Made by a program: the position numbers and the translations under genes
Shown here: piece after piece, positions 45,435-53,310 of the stretch
Layout: each line of letters opens with the position of its first letter
How positions within the stretch are numbered: the stretch's first letter is position 1
Assembly: GCA_018895235.1 (NCBI GenBank)
Contig: JAHIOM010000014.1
Span: forward strand, 5,203-69,202
Source: Patescibacteria group bacterium
Lineage (GTDB): Bacteria > Patescibacteriota > Minisyncoccia > Minisyncoccales > Staskawiczbacteraceae
DNA length: 64,000 nt
Direction: 5' to 3'
Notes under the pieces: generated by a model
What the model was told of the DNA's origin: nothing
The model's database searches: none
The model's input: only the letters and a program-made list of their open reading frames with translations

Positions 45435-45775
45435 AATGCTGTAAGCGCGGGCGACGGGAGGAGTTGCCCGAAGGCATTGCCTCCTCGGTCGCCTAAGGCG
45501 ACTACCCTATCGGCTCGTCGCAATTCGGTGGAGAAACCATCCCGTCTGGGAGCAAAAAGTCCCCCGAAATTGAGGGACTTTTTGCTCTAGCGCGTCTTTA
45601 CGACGAAGTTAGAACCTATTTTATTGAAAATCTTTGACGATATTCTGCCCGCCGCCTGCGGCGGCGGGCAGAAACAGACCGAAAACGAATCGGCTCGCGG
45701 GCAAAAAATGGAGGGGTTTTAGGAGTTTGAGTCCCCGGAAATTTTTTGCCCGCCCGCTTTTTGAAATTTAATTCG
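45435..45775 (-). ncRNA. Long (about 340 nt), hairpin-rich member of the GCGCGGG-element family; class unknown
   Basis: Starts GCGCGGGCGACGGG. Contains GTCGCC TAA GGCGAC, a perfect 14-bp GAGCAAAAAGTCCC/GGGACTTTTTGCTC stem, the family motif GAAGTTAGAACC, CTGCCCGCCGC CTGC GCGGCGGGCAG, and a 13-bp GCGGGCAAAAAAT/ATTTTTTGCCCGC stem. Orientation is inferred from the other copies. Confidence 0.45.
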
Positions 45776-45777
45776 GG

Positions 45778-45803
45778 AAAAATGTCCAGCGATGGACATT
45801 TTT
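45778..45803. terminator. Bidirectional terminator at the island edge
   Basis: AAAATGTCCA GCGA TGGACATTTT. Confidence 0.7.
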
Positions 45804-45851
45804 GATAATTTTAAGTTTTTCTTTTGTGTGAAATTTTATCCACTTCGATAT

Positions 45852-46193
45852 TTATCCAAAACTCCTAGTTCCAACTAATACGCCCAGAAGCCAATATAAG
45901 AAAAAACCGACCCATATAAAAATAAATATTTTCAGTAAACACTCCATTGTCTTTTTAATCGGAGGTTTCTCTAAAAAATTATTGAGAAATTTTATTTTTT
46001 CGCCTAATTTCAGCAAAAGCCCCAATAATAATGAGCCACCAATTGATATTCCAAGTCCAACAGAAAACACCCTATCTTCTAATAGTGTAGAAGAGAACCC
46101 TCCGATTACTGTATACACAAAGAAAAGAAAACCCAAGACAAATACTATTATAAAAATTAAATAGATGATTAACTCTATAAGTTTTTCTTTCAT
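45852..46193 (-). CDS. Small membrane protein (113 aa)
   Basis: MKEKLIELIIYLIFIIVFVLGFLFF; 3-4 hydrophobic helices. Confidence 0.6.
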   Translation of the reverse strand: MKEKLIELIIYLIFIIVFVLGFLFFVYTVIGGFSSTLLEDRVFSVGLGISIGGSLLLGLLLKLGEKIKFLNNFLEKPPIKKTMECLLKIFIFIWVGFFLYWLLGVLVGTRSFG

Positions 46194-46197
46194 AATT

Positions 46198-46503
46198 TTA
46201 TTTGCCGAAGTTTGATGGTTTGAAAAATTCCCATATTTTTAATAGAATTTGTTTCGAAAAAAGAAATATTTTTTGTATAACTTCTTGCCAAAGGGTTAAA
46301 GTTCTTGGTCTAAAAGAAGAACAATCTCTGAATTCCTTAATTTGTTCATCGGTAAATTTTCTCGAAGTATCTGCTTCGCAATAATATCTTCCTCGATGAT
46401 TGGTTGTGGGTATCCCTTGCGGATTTATAAAAGATACTACCCCTTCGCCCTCTTTCAGATATTTACACTGGCCACATGTTGTTTTATTTTCCATATTATT
46501 CAA
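46198..46503 (-). CDS. Hypothetical Cys-containing protein (101 aa)
   Basis: ORF with CGQC...C...C. 4-nt gap to the next gene. Confidence 0.5.
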   Translation of the reverse strand: MNNMENKTTCGQCKYLKEGEGVVSFINPQGIPTTNHRGRYYCEADTSRKFTDEQIKEFRDCSSFRPRTLTLWQEVIQKIFLFSKQILLKIWEFFKPSNFGK

Positions 46504-46545
46504 GTTTTGTCCAGTTTTCTTTTTTGGGTTTATATTATAAAATTC

Positions 46546-46722
46546 TTACCAACAGGCAGGTCCCACGCATTGTTCATAATCTTCGGGGTAATCGTAAGAT
46601 GAAGTATTTGATTCCCAAATCACAGTTATAATGAACCAAATAAGAAAAACAATTACAACGATACCAATAATTAGACCAATAAAATCTTTAAAACTTTTTG
46701 GTTTTAAACCTTCAATGTTCAT
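46546..46722 (-). CDS. Small single-TM protein (58 aa; below the track cutoff)
   Basis: Hand translation: MNIEGLKPKSFKDFIGLIIGIVVIVFLIWFIITVIWESNTSSYDYPEDYEQCVGPACW. Confidence 0.45.
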   Translation of the reverse strand: MNIEGLKPKSFKDFIGLIIGIVVIVFLIWFIITVIWESNTSSYDYPEDYEQCVGPACW

Positions 46723-46744
46723 ATTCCTATGGATAAATTAAATG

Positions 46745-47104
46745 TTATATTTTAAAACCAATGCTATTCCTTTTCTTCTCTGCTCCTATGATGTCATTTT
46801 CTAATTTTTCTTTTATTTCTTCTAAACTCATACAATCATTGCCTTTTAGAAAATTATGGGCCTTAAAAACATAATCATCAGATAAATTGTTTTCTACTAT
46901 CATTTTCCTAATTATTAACTCCCCGAATTGTTTTAAAAATAATTCCGCTGTCCAACCAGGCACAATACTTTTGCAAGTACCTAAAAATATATCGGTAACA
47001 CCAATTTTAATATCTCTGTCTCCGACTTCGAATAACGCTTCTGTAACCTTACCATTTCTTTTACCATTTTTAGATATTAATAATTGTGAAAATTTTATAT
47101 CCAT
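46745..47104 (-). CDS. Hypothetical protein (119 aa)
   Basis: ORF only. 2-nt gap to the upstream gene. Confidence 0.5.
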   Translation of the reverse strand: MDIKFSQLLISKNGKRNGKVTEALFEVGDRDIKIGVTDIFLGTCKSIVPGWTAELFLKQFGELIIRKMIVENNLSDDYVFKAHNFLKGNDCMSLEEIKEKLENDIIGAEKKRNSIGFKI

Positions 47105-47106
47105 AA

Positions 47107-47580
47107 TTATTTTTGTTTTTCTAATCGTTTTGTTATATTAATGCCGAAAATTATACCGTAATACAATATCAGACCAAGAAGGATTATAATGATATTCTGA
47201 AAACGAAAAATCTTTTGATAATAAGGGGTAGAGTTTCTATCTAGATTCTCAAGAAAGAGGTTCACAAAAAGACTATGTTTTACTTCCATTTTATCTCCAT
47301 AATAATAACGATTACTCCGATAATCACATTTTACTTTACAATAATTAACTGCTTCTAAATAATTTAATTCTTCGTTTAACCATTTGTCTGCAACACAATT
47401 CTCAAAACATTTTTCAGCTCGAGCTTGGGATAAACTTTCAGGTATTGCTACAAAAAAAGGATATAAAAAATAAAGAATTAACAAAAAAAGGGGGATAAGA
47501 AATAAAAAGTATTTTCTTAAAAATAGTTTTATGTTTTTCTTGAGCATAATCTTCAAAATTTTCTTAATTTTTTCTTTCAT
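47107..47580 (-). CDS. Membrane-anchored protein, MKEKIK family (157 aa)
   Basis: MKEKIKKILKIM plus a TM helix. Conserved 5' module. Confidence 0.6.
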   Translation of the reverse strand: MKEKIKKILKIMLKKNIKLFLRKYFLFLIPLFLLILYFLYPFFVAIPESLSQARAEKCFENCVADKWLNEELNYLEAVNYCKVKCDYRSNRYYYGDKMEVKHSLFVNLFLENLDRNSTPYYQKIFRFQNIIIILLGLILYYGIIFGINITKRLEKQK

Positions 47581-47752
47581 AAATTATTTTATTGGTTTTC
47601 AGTTGATAACCTACAAATATTCCTACTGAAATCAAGATTAAATCTCCTATTTGTTCATTAGTAATACCAAAAAATCTAAGAATATATCCCATAAAAGAAC
47701 CTATCAATATAACAAATATCAAATTTATAATTATTTTAATTTTTTCTTTCAT
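47564..47752 (-). CDS. Small membrane protein, MKEKIK family (62 aa)
   Basis: Start set at MKEKIKIIINLIFVILIG, which carries the conserved 5' module. The track start at 47800 is less likely. Confidence 0.5.
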   Translation of the reverse strand: MKEKIKIIINLIFVILIGSFMGYILRFFGITNEQIGDLILISVGIFVGYQLKTNKIIYERKN

Positions 47753-47806
47753 GGGCTTATTTAACCCCACCCACTGCTCACTATGTCTTAATGGGGTCAA
47801 CTTAGT

Positions 47807-47983
47807 TTATTGATTATTGGAGTAGAATTTATCTTTGCACTCCAAACAAACAATTTTTCCTTCCTTTTTTTCATTTCTAACAAAATAGTAACTATCAATA
47901 CCTACTTTTATTTCTAACCCGCAAATATCGCAAACTTTATTTTCTCCAACTGGTGGATTTTGTTTTTTGATTACTTTTTCCAT
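47807..47983 (-). CDS. Small zinc-ribbon protein (58 aa; below the track cutoff)
   Basis: Hand translation: MEKVIKKQNPPVGENKVCDICGLEIKVGIDSYYFVRNEKKEGKIVCLECKDKFYSNNQ (CxxC...CxxC). Confidence 0.5.
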   Translation of the reverse strand: MEKVIKKQNPPVGENKVCDICGLEIKVGIDSYYFVRNEKKEGKIVCLECKDKFYSNNQ

Positions 47984-48017
47984 TCTTTTATTAAAATTTC
48001 AATACTAATAGTTTTTC

Positions 48018-48281
48018 TTATAGATTAGTCCAACTTGGGTCTTTCCCGAAACACTGTCCAAACCAAAAACTAAAAAAAATTAAAATTGCAAGGCTAACAT
48101 ATTCACTACCAAAGACAAGACCGACACCCATACTTGTAAGAAGCATAATTATAAAATATCTCAATAAATGTTTCCCAAACCCCAAATTCTTTAGGATGAA
48201 CCACTTCTTATATTTTCCGAGATAATACCCCACAAAGAAAAGAATAATAAATACAGTTGCACCGATTAAAAATTCTTTCAT
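48018..48281 (-). CDS. Small membrane protein (87 aa)
   Basis: MKEFLIGATVFIILFFV; three hydrophobic helices. Confidence 0.55.
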   Translation of the reverse strand: MKEFLIGATVFIILFFVGYYLGKYKKWFILKNLGFGKHLLRYFIIMLLTSMGVGLVFGSEYVSLAILIFFSFWFGQCFGKDPSWTNL

Positions 48282-48285
48282 AGAT

Positions 48286-48591
48286 TTATTTGTTTAATAT
48301 CGATAGCCCAACTTGTTTTCTGAAAAATGAACACCTGTTAGTAGTAGAAGAGTCGTATTTACACGCTTTAAGGTGATGTTTAATGGCTTCTTTTTCGTTT
48401 TTAATATTTATCCCTTTATATCCTCTCCCAACAAACTTTGCGACAGCAAGAGATTGAAGAGCAACTGCTATCCTTTTATATAATGGTGTTTGATAGTGCA
48501 AATTCCATCTTTTCCAAAAACTATTCTCTTCTTTTTTGAAAAATATTCTTTCTTCTTCAGTAAGTTTATAAATCTTAAATACTTGTTTCAT
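48286..48591 (-). CDS. Hypothetical basic protein (101 aa)
   Basis: ORF only. 4-nt gap to the next gene. Confidence 0.5.
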   Translation of the reverse strand: MKQVFKIYKLTEEERIFFKKEENSFWKRWNLHYQTPLYKRIAVALQSLAVAKFVGRGYKGINIKNEKEAIKHHLKACKYDSSTTNRCSFFRKQVGLSILNK

Positions 48592-48628
48592 AGATTTATT
48601 TAGTAAGTTGGTGGTTTACAAATATTTA

Positions 48629-49072
48629 TTACTTTTTCATTTCTTGGTCAATTTTCCAAATAAATCCAACCCTTTTCATTTCATAGCTTGCAGAATAAGA
48701 ATAATCCTTCCCATTTATATTTCGCATAAGTTCAACTTGTAAAAATGAACGGTCACTTCCGAACTTATGTGAAACACTCTGGATTTTAAAATTTCTTATT
48801 GATGGTTCATCGGATATTTTTTCTTTTTCACACCTTTCCTTCCACTTATCAATGTCGTGAGATAGATAACTTATAAAAGAATCACAATCGCCAGTTATTC
48901 GATACTCAAAAGCTCGATTAAAGCTTTTTTTAATAAAAAACTTACTGTTTATGCCAAAATCAATAATAAAACAACCCACTAAAACAAAAATCAGTGCTAC
49001 TGCTAATATCATTATTAAAGCTACTTTGTTTTTGTTTATCCAGTTTAAAATTGTTTTAATTTTTTCTTTCAT
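48629..49072 (-). CDS. Membrane-anchored protein, MKEKIK family (147 aa)
   Basis: MKEKIKTILNWINKNKVALIMILAVALIFVLVG. Overlaps the upstream gene by 4 nt. Confidence 0.6.
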   Translation of the reverse strand: MKEKIKTILNWINKNKVALIMILAVALIFVLVGCFIIDFGINSKFFIKKSFNRAFEYRITGDCDSFISYLSHDIDKWKERCEKEKISDEPSIRNFKIQSVSHKFGSDRSFLQVELMRNINGKDYSYSASYEMKRVGFIWKIDQEMKK

Positions 49073-49494
49073 AATCTTATTTCTCCATTTGAATACTCTA
49101 AAAGAAATTTCTTATAATCTTCCCACTGCTCAGGGAATCGAAAAGAAGTAATTCTATGGTGTGTCAAAGCATTATAAATAAAATGTTCTCTATCGGGGAG
49201 TCTTTGAATAACATATAAACAACTATCTTCTTTCGGACTATAAAAAAGCATTTGAAAAGAATTAAAATCAGAGCCAGCAAAAATTCCTTTGTTTCCCTTA
49301 TCGATTTCTTCTTTTATTGATTCGGCATATTGTTCACATTCAGTCTTTTTATTAAAATAACTTTCGTTTTGTTCTGATTTAACTACTCGAAGTTCCTGTT
49401 TGACCTGATAAAACTTATAAAAACTAAGAGAAATACCAATAAGGAGAATACTTATTATAGTTAAAATTATTACTTTCTTAATTTTTTCTTTCAT
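49069..49494 (-). CDS. Membrane-anchored protein, MKEKIK family (141 aa)
   Basis: MKEKIKKVIILTIISILLIGISL. Confidence 0.6.
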   Translation of the reverse strand: MKEKIKKVIILTIISILLIGISLSFYKFYQVKQELRVVKSEQNESYFNKKTECEQYAESIKEEIDKGNKGIFAGSDFNSFQMLFYSPKEDSCLYVIQRLPDREHFIYNALTHHRITSFRFPEQWEDYKKFLLEYSNGEIRL

Positions 49495-49506
49495 AAATTT
49501 ATAATC

Positions 49507-49773
49507 CTAAATTTCATTGTTGGCTTTTTTCTGTTTTTTTATTTTAACTTTTAATTGTATGGTTTTTACTACCCAAGTAATTCCAGCAATCCAAAATATT
49601 AAACCAAAAATATCTGCTATCCACCCTTCTCCTAAAAATAAATAGCAAAATGCAAATCCCAATAACCCCAGTAATGCTGTTTTGCCAGCCTCTTTTCTGT
49701 CTATTTTTCTATATTGCCACCATTTCTTTTTCTCTTTTTTATATTCTTGATTTTGTGTTTTTTGTTCTTCCAC
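49507..49773 (-). CDS. Small membrane protein (88 aa)
   Basis: Two hydrophobic helices flanked by Lys-rich tails. Confidence 0.5.
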   Translation of the reverse strand: MEEQKTQNQEYKKEKKKWWQYRKIDRKEAGKTALLGLLGFAFCYLFLGEGWIADIFGLIFWIAGITWVVKTIQLKVKIKKQKKANNEI

Positions 49774-49784
49774 AGATTTATTTA

Positions 49785-50264
49785 TTATTTACAGAGTTCT
49801 TGTTGAACGAAATATTCCCGCTGACGCTCTTCTAAAATGGGGATATATTTTTGAACAAGTTCTGGTGTATAATCGGGAATATGCAACCAAGGAGAACCAC
49901 CAGTTTTTTCATAATTTTGCATATAGCCACGGAAATATTCCAATAATTCTTCTGTTGTGTCCGGAGCCCAAGAAGCATAAATAGGTTGGTTACTTTGTTC
50001 GGTATAATATGCTATTTTAGTCTCTTGAGGGGCAAGTTTTAATTCATTAGCTTTTCTACAAGCCACCTCCTTGTCGGCTCTACTTTCAAGAATCGTTACC
50101 CTTCCGATTAGAGAGTCTATTTGTTCAGCTAAAATCTGTATTGCTTCTTCGATTGTTTTACCTTGGATTAAAGAGGAAACAAAAGTTCCTCCGAGAGCAA
50201 TAGTTGGGAAAGCAACGAAGCCGATGAGGACACTTATTATAATAATTTTAATTACTTGTTTCAT
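49785..50264 (-). CDS. Secreted or anchored protein (159 aa)
   Basis: MKQVIKIIIISVLIGFVAFPTIALG signal/anchor sequence. Confidence 0.55.
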   Translation of the reverse strand: MKQVIKIIIISVLIGFVAFPTIALGGTFVSSLIQGKTIEEAIQILAEQIDSLIGRVTILESRADKEVACRKANELKLAPQETKIAYYTEQSNQPIYASWAPDTTEELLEYFRGYMQNYEKTGGSPWLHIPDYTPELVQKYIPILEERQREYFVQQELCK

Positions 50265-50366
50265 AGATTTATTTTACCTTATTTTACCCCACTGTGCTAT
50301 TCACTGTTTCTAAATTAAAAATTACCTAGCAATGGACGGTTTTAGTTAAACCCTAGGCTATATTTT

Positions 50367-51368
50367 TCAATCTTTATAATAAACGTTATGGATGTTCTGA
50401 ACTATCCCCTGAACTTCGTAGTTGCCGATATTCAACCAAGTAGGAACCCCTAAAAAGCATAAACCGTTCTCATCTTTTGAAAGCGCTACGCCGCCAGAAT
50501 TGCCACTATCAATCTTTGCAGAAACATAATAATTAGAATATGGCAAATTCCCCGTAACTTCTACGGAACGGTCATACCCGCTGATAATGCCGTTTGTAAC
50601 CTGTTTAGAGGAGATTTGGCCCGTAGTCCCTTGAAATTCAATCTGTCGTTTGGCAAATGCGGGATATCCTACGATAACCATCGGAGACCCTTCGGGCATT
50701 TTGTAGGGACACAATCTTAAACTAGAAAGGCTATAATTCAAGTCTTTTATGGGTTCAGACCAACTTGATGATGCTGCCGATATAGTCATCTTCAATATCG
50801 CAATATCGGTATAAGAATTCCACCTATATATTGTTGATCTATCAAGATTATAATGGCCTACCATCTGCTCTAAGTTGTTTTCTGGCGTCACCGCGCAGTC
50901 TCCCGTCCCATTAACTACGTGATTATTCGTTATCACGACATAACCGATGTCTAAATCCATCAGAAACCCGGATCCCTCTCCCCCAATACAAGACACCTCC
51001 GTTACTCCTCCCAAATAAGGACTCAATTCCGAGGGCTGAATGGTAAAATTTTCTTTGGGTTTACTCTTTTCGGTTGTTAATTCTTCTTCTAACCCCGTCA
51101 TCTCTTGGTCTTTCTTTTGGTTTTCTATTTTTGCTTTCTCTATCTCTATTTTTGATTCTTCTAATGTTTTTCTTGCTTCTTCTAACATTTCCTGCTGCTC
51201 TAAAAATAGTTCTTGGTTTTGTTTTTCTCGTTGAGTTTGTTGGGTTTGATAACTCTTGAGCTGAAAGTAACCATAATAACTAATACCGCCAACAATAATT
51301 AACCCAACAATAACGCTAATAAAAACTGGTGTTTTGATAAAGCCTTTTTGGCTATTTTTTTCTTTCAT
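50367..51368 (-). CDS. Membrane-anchored trypsin-like (S1) serine protease with coiled-coil spacer
   Basis: MKEKNSQ plus a TM helix, a Q/E-rich coiled coil, then VITNNHVV (His), DIAILKM (Asp) and GNSGGVAL (Ser). Confidence 0.75.
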   Translation of the reverse strand: MKEKNSQKGFIKTPVFISVIVGLIIVGGISYYGYFQLKSYQTQQTQREKQNQELFLEQQEMLEEARKTLEESKIEIEKAKIENQKKDQEMTGLEEELTTEKSKPKENFTIQPSELSPYLGGVTEVSCIGGEGSGFLMDLDIGYVVITNNHVVNGTGDCAVTPENNLEQMVGHYNLDRSTIYRWNSYTDIAILKMTISAASSSWSEPIKDLNYSLSSLRLCPYKMPEGSPMVIVGYPAFAKRQIEFQGTTGQISSKQVTNGIISGYDRSVEVTGNLPYSNYYVSAKIDSGNSGGVALSKDENGLCFLGVPTWLNIGNYEVQGIVQNIHNVYYKD

Positions 51369-51372
51369 AGGT

Positions 51373-51810
51373 TTATTTATCCTCATCTGCTGATTTCATC
51401 TTTTTGAGAATCCTCGCTTTTGCTTTAACGACTTCGTCACTTGTGATATTTATATTTATTGTTTGGGGCAAAGCTCCTTCGGGCTCGATTCTTCTCTTTA
51501 CTTTGTTGTATTCTCTGATAGCGGCAACCTTAGAAGATAAATCTGCTTTCTGTGTAATAACAAATCCCAATTCTCTATCAACGACTTCATTGTTTATGTA
51601 AATATCTAACAACTCACGGATGCGGGCTGTAACGTAATCTTTTGTCAATAATCGATACGCATGCTGCCTCGCCGCCCTATGGGTTGTCTTCCCCCCAAAC
51701 GCTTTAATGTAAGTTTGCGTTCCATTACTAAAGCAATCACGGTCTGTGACAAAGATGCGGCAAAACACTTCTTCTTTCGCAGTAAGTTGTCCGTTAATTC
51801 TTTTCCCCAT
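51373..51810 (-). CDS. Phage terminase small subunit-like protein
   Basis: LTAKEEVFCRIFV...TQTYIKAFG...AARQHAYRLLTKDYVTARIRELL matches the Terminase_2-type HTH pattern. Confidence 0.7.
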   Translation of the reverse strand: MGKRINGQLTAKEEVFCRIFVTDRDCFSNGTQTYIKAFGGKTTHRAARQHAYRLLTKDYVTARIRELLDIYINNEVVDRELGFVITQKADLSSKVAAIREYNKVKRRIEPEGALPQTININITSDEVVKAKARILKKMKSADEDK

Positions 51811-51875
51811 GTTGTTTTTTTGTTAATACTTTTTTTGTATTAAAACATGGGGAATAATATTTTTACAATATTTTA

Positions 51876-52340
51876 TTATTTTCTAAGTATTTTTGCTTCT
51901 TTGCGTCTTTTTTTCTCACGACTTCCCGACAATTTAATGCACTCGGTTTCAACCTCAAACTTCTTAAGACACGCACCAAGCCAACTTTTATCAGATACAA
52001 ATGGCTTCTGCGCATCTTTGTTTGAAAAAATTAAAACTTTTTTATACTTCCCTCCCTGCATCTTCTCTATAAAAATAAGCTTGAGGGCATCCTTCATCAC
52101 TTTCCATTTCTGTCCGGCTTTTGGACGCTTACAGCCCGACCAAGCTTCACATAAGTAAGGTGGATTCTCTGAATACCCATCAATTTGCACAGAAATTTGA
52201 TTTCCTTCAATATTAAATCGAAGGCTTTTACTTACCAAAGTAACCCCCCTGTGTTTAGAAAACCTTGAAATCATTTCTGGTTCAGCCAACATGGCCTCTG
52301 TCGCAGTCCCCAATTTTGGTTTTGATTGTTTTAATTTCAT
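51876..52340 (-). CDS. Hypothetical protein with PD-(D/E)xK-like motif
   Basis: VQIDGYSENPPYLCEAWSGCKRPKAGQKWKVMKDALKL (D...EAW..K...Q..K) with a basic tail. Start set at MKLKQSKPK. Confidence 0.4.
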   Translation of the reverse strand: MKLKQSKPKLGTATEAMLAEPEMISRFSKHRGVTLVSKSLRFNIEGNQISVQIDGYSENPPYLCEAWSGCKRPKAGQKWKVMKDALKLIFIEKMQGGKYKKVLIFSNKDAQKPFVSDKSWLGACLKKFEVETECIKLSGSREKKRRKEAKILRK

Positions 52341-52344
52341 ATAC

Positions 52345-52500
52345 AAAAAGCCCACCACGGGTAGCGGCCGAAGCCACTCATACCGGTTTCCCGATATGGC
52401 AGAACATGCGACCCCATGATGGGTTCTTTATGCATGTTCTAACTTTTTATGCCATGTCTTGCAAAAGCAAGGGTTAGGCATCAATATTAAGTTGTTAAGT
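52345..52500 (-). promoter_or_regulatory. GC-rich structured region upstream of 51876..52340
   Basis: Minus strand: CTTGC TTTT GCAAG; 9-bp AGAACATGC(22 nt)GCATGTTCT; GGTA-GTGGC TTCG GCCGC-TACC (UUCG tetraloop); then GGGCTTTTTGTAT just before the ATG. Confidence 0.4.
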
Positions 52501-52565
52501 TAATATTACATAGAAATAATAAAATTTAAAGAGTAAATCTTAAGAAAAAAAAGAAGAAAAATTAC

Positions 52566-53291
52566 TTGGAAAAACAGGTAGAAACGGGTAGGATAAAGGA
52601 AATTATAACGAAAATTACTATGAGTTATATAGAATTATTATTAGAACTTATAAAAAGTAAAAAAGAGATGTCTGGAGACAATATTGTTAGCTTGTCTATC
52701 GGAGAGATAGCTGATGCTTGGGGCAGAAATGTGCTTTACGAAGATCAGTTCAGTATTAGTAAATCAAAGCATATTGATTATGACTTTCTTCAAGACGTTG
52801 TTTCAGCTTTGAAAAATTTGGAAGATAAAAAACTTATTGCATTTATGTATACAGTTAGGGGTTATCCCTACTACTCTCTTGTCGAGAAAAAAAACGAAAA
52901 AGAAGATTTAATCTCAGACATAGTCCATTTATTCTCTCTTAACGATAAAATATATTTAGAAGTGGAAGAAAAACTTTTATATGAATCTAAACCAAATAAT
53001 AAAAAAGGCGAAAAAAACTGTATCGTAATTCCAGCAGACACAAAAAATTGGAATGATATTGAAATAAAATTTAAAAATGAATTTGATATAGAAATCTTTG
53101 TTAAGGGAAAATTTCATAAAAAAACAAACAATGAAGATTTGAATTTTTACAGTGGCCGGAAGAATAAAAAACCAGATAGACAATGGCAATTTTTAATATT
53201 ATTGTCTATTCTACAAGGAAAACGTGAAAGGAATGCCACAAAGGATGAAATAGTTTTTTCTTTGAGTAATAAATTTGGTAAAAAAATTTAG
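52566..53291 (+). CDS. Hypothetical protein (241 aa; TTG start in the track, first ATG at 52620)
   Basis: ORF only. The sole plus-strand gene in this neighbourhood. Confidence 0.45.
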   Translation: MEKQVETGRIKEIITKITMSYIELLLELIKSKKEMSGDNIVSLSIGEIADAWGRNVLYEDQFSISKSKHIDYDFLQDVVSALKNLEDKKLIAFMYTVRGYPYYSLVEKKNEKEDLISDIVHLFSLNDKIYLEVEEKLLYESKPNNKKGEKNCIVIPADTKNWNDIEIKFKNEFDIEIFVKGKFHKKTNNEDLNFYSGRKNKKPDRQWQFLILLSILQGKRERNATKDEIVFSLSNKFGKKI

Positions 53292-53310
53292 AGCCCGTTT
53301 TATATAAAAA

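Noticed and set aside
45435-45775. Long hairpin-rich region as RNase P RNA, tmRNA, SRP RNA or 6S RNA
   Set aside because: The AAAGTCC-like string sits inside a perfect local 14-bp hairpin instead of forming a P4-type long-range helix. There is no GGTTCGAATCC...CCA tRNA-like end or tag ORF, no SRP domain IV motifs, and no 6S-type single long irregular helix. This is a by-eye assessment only.
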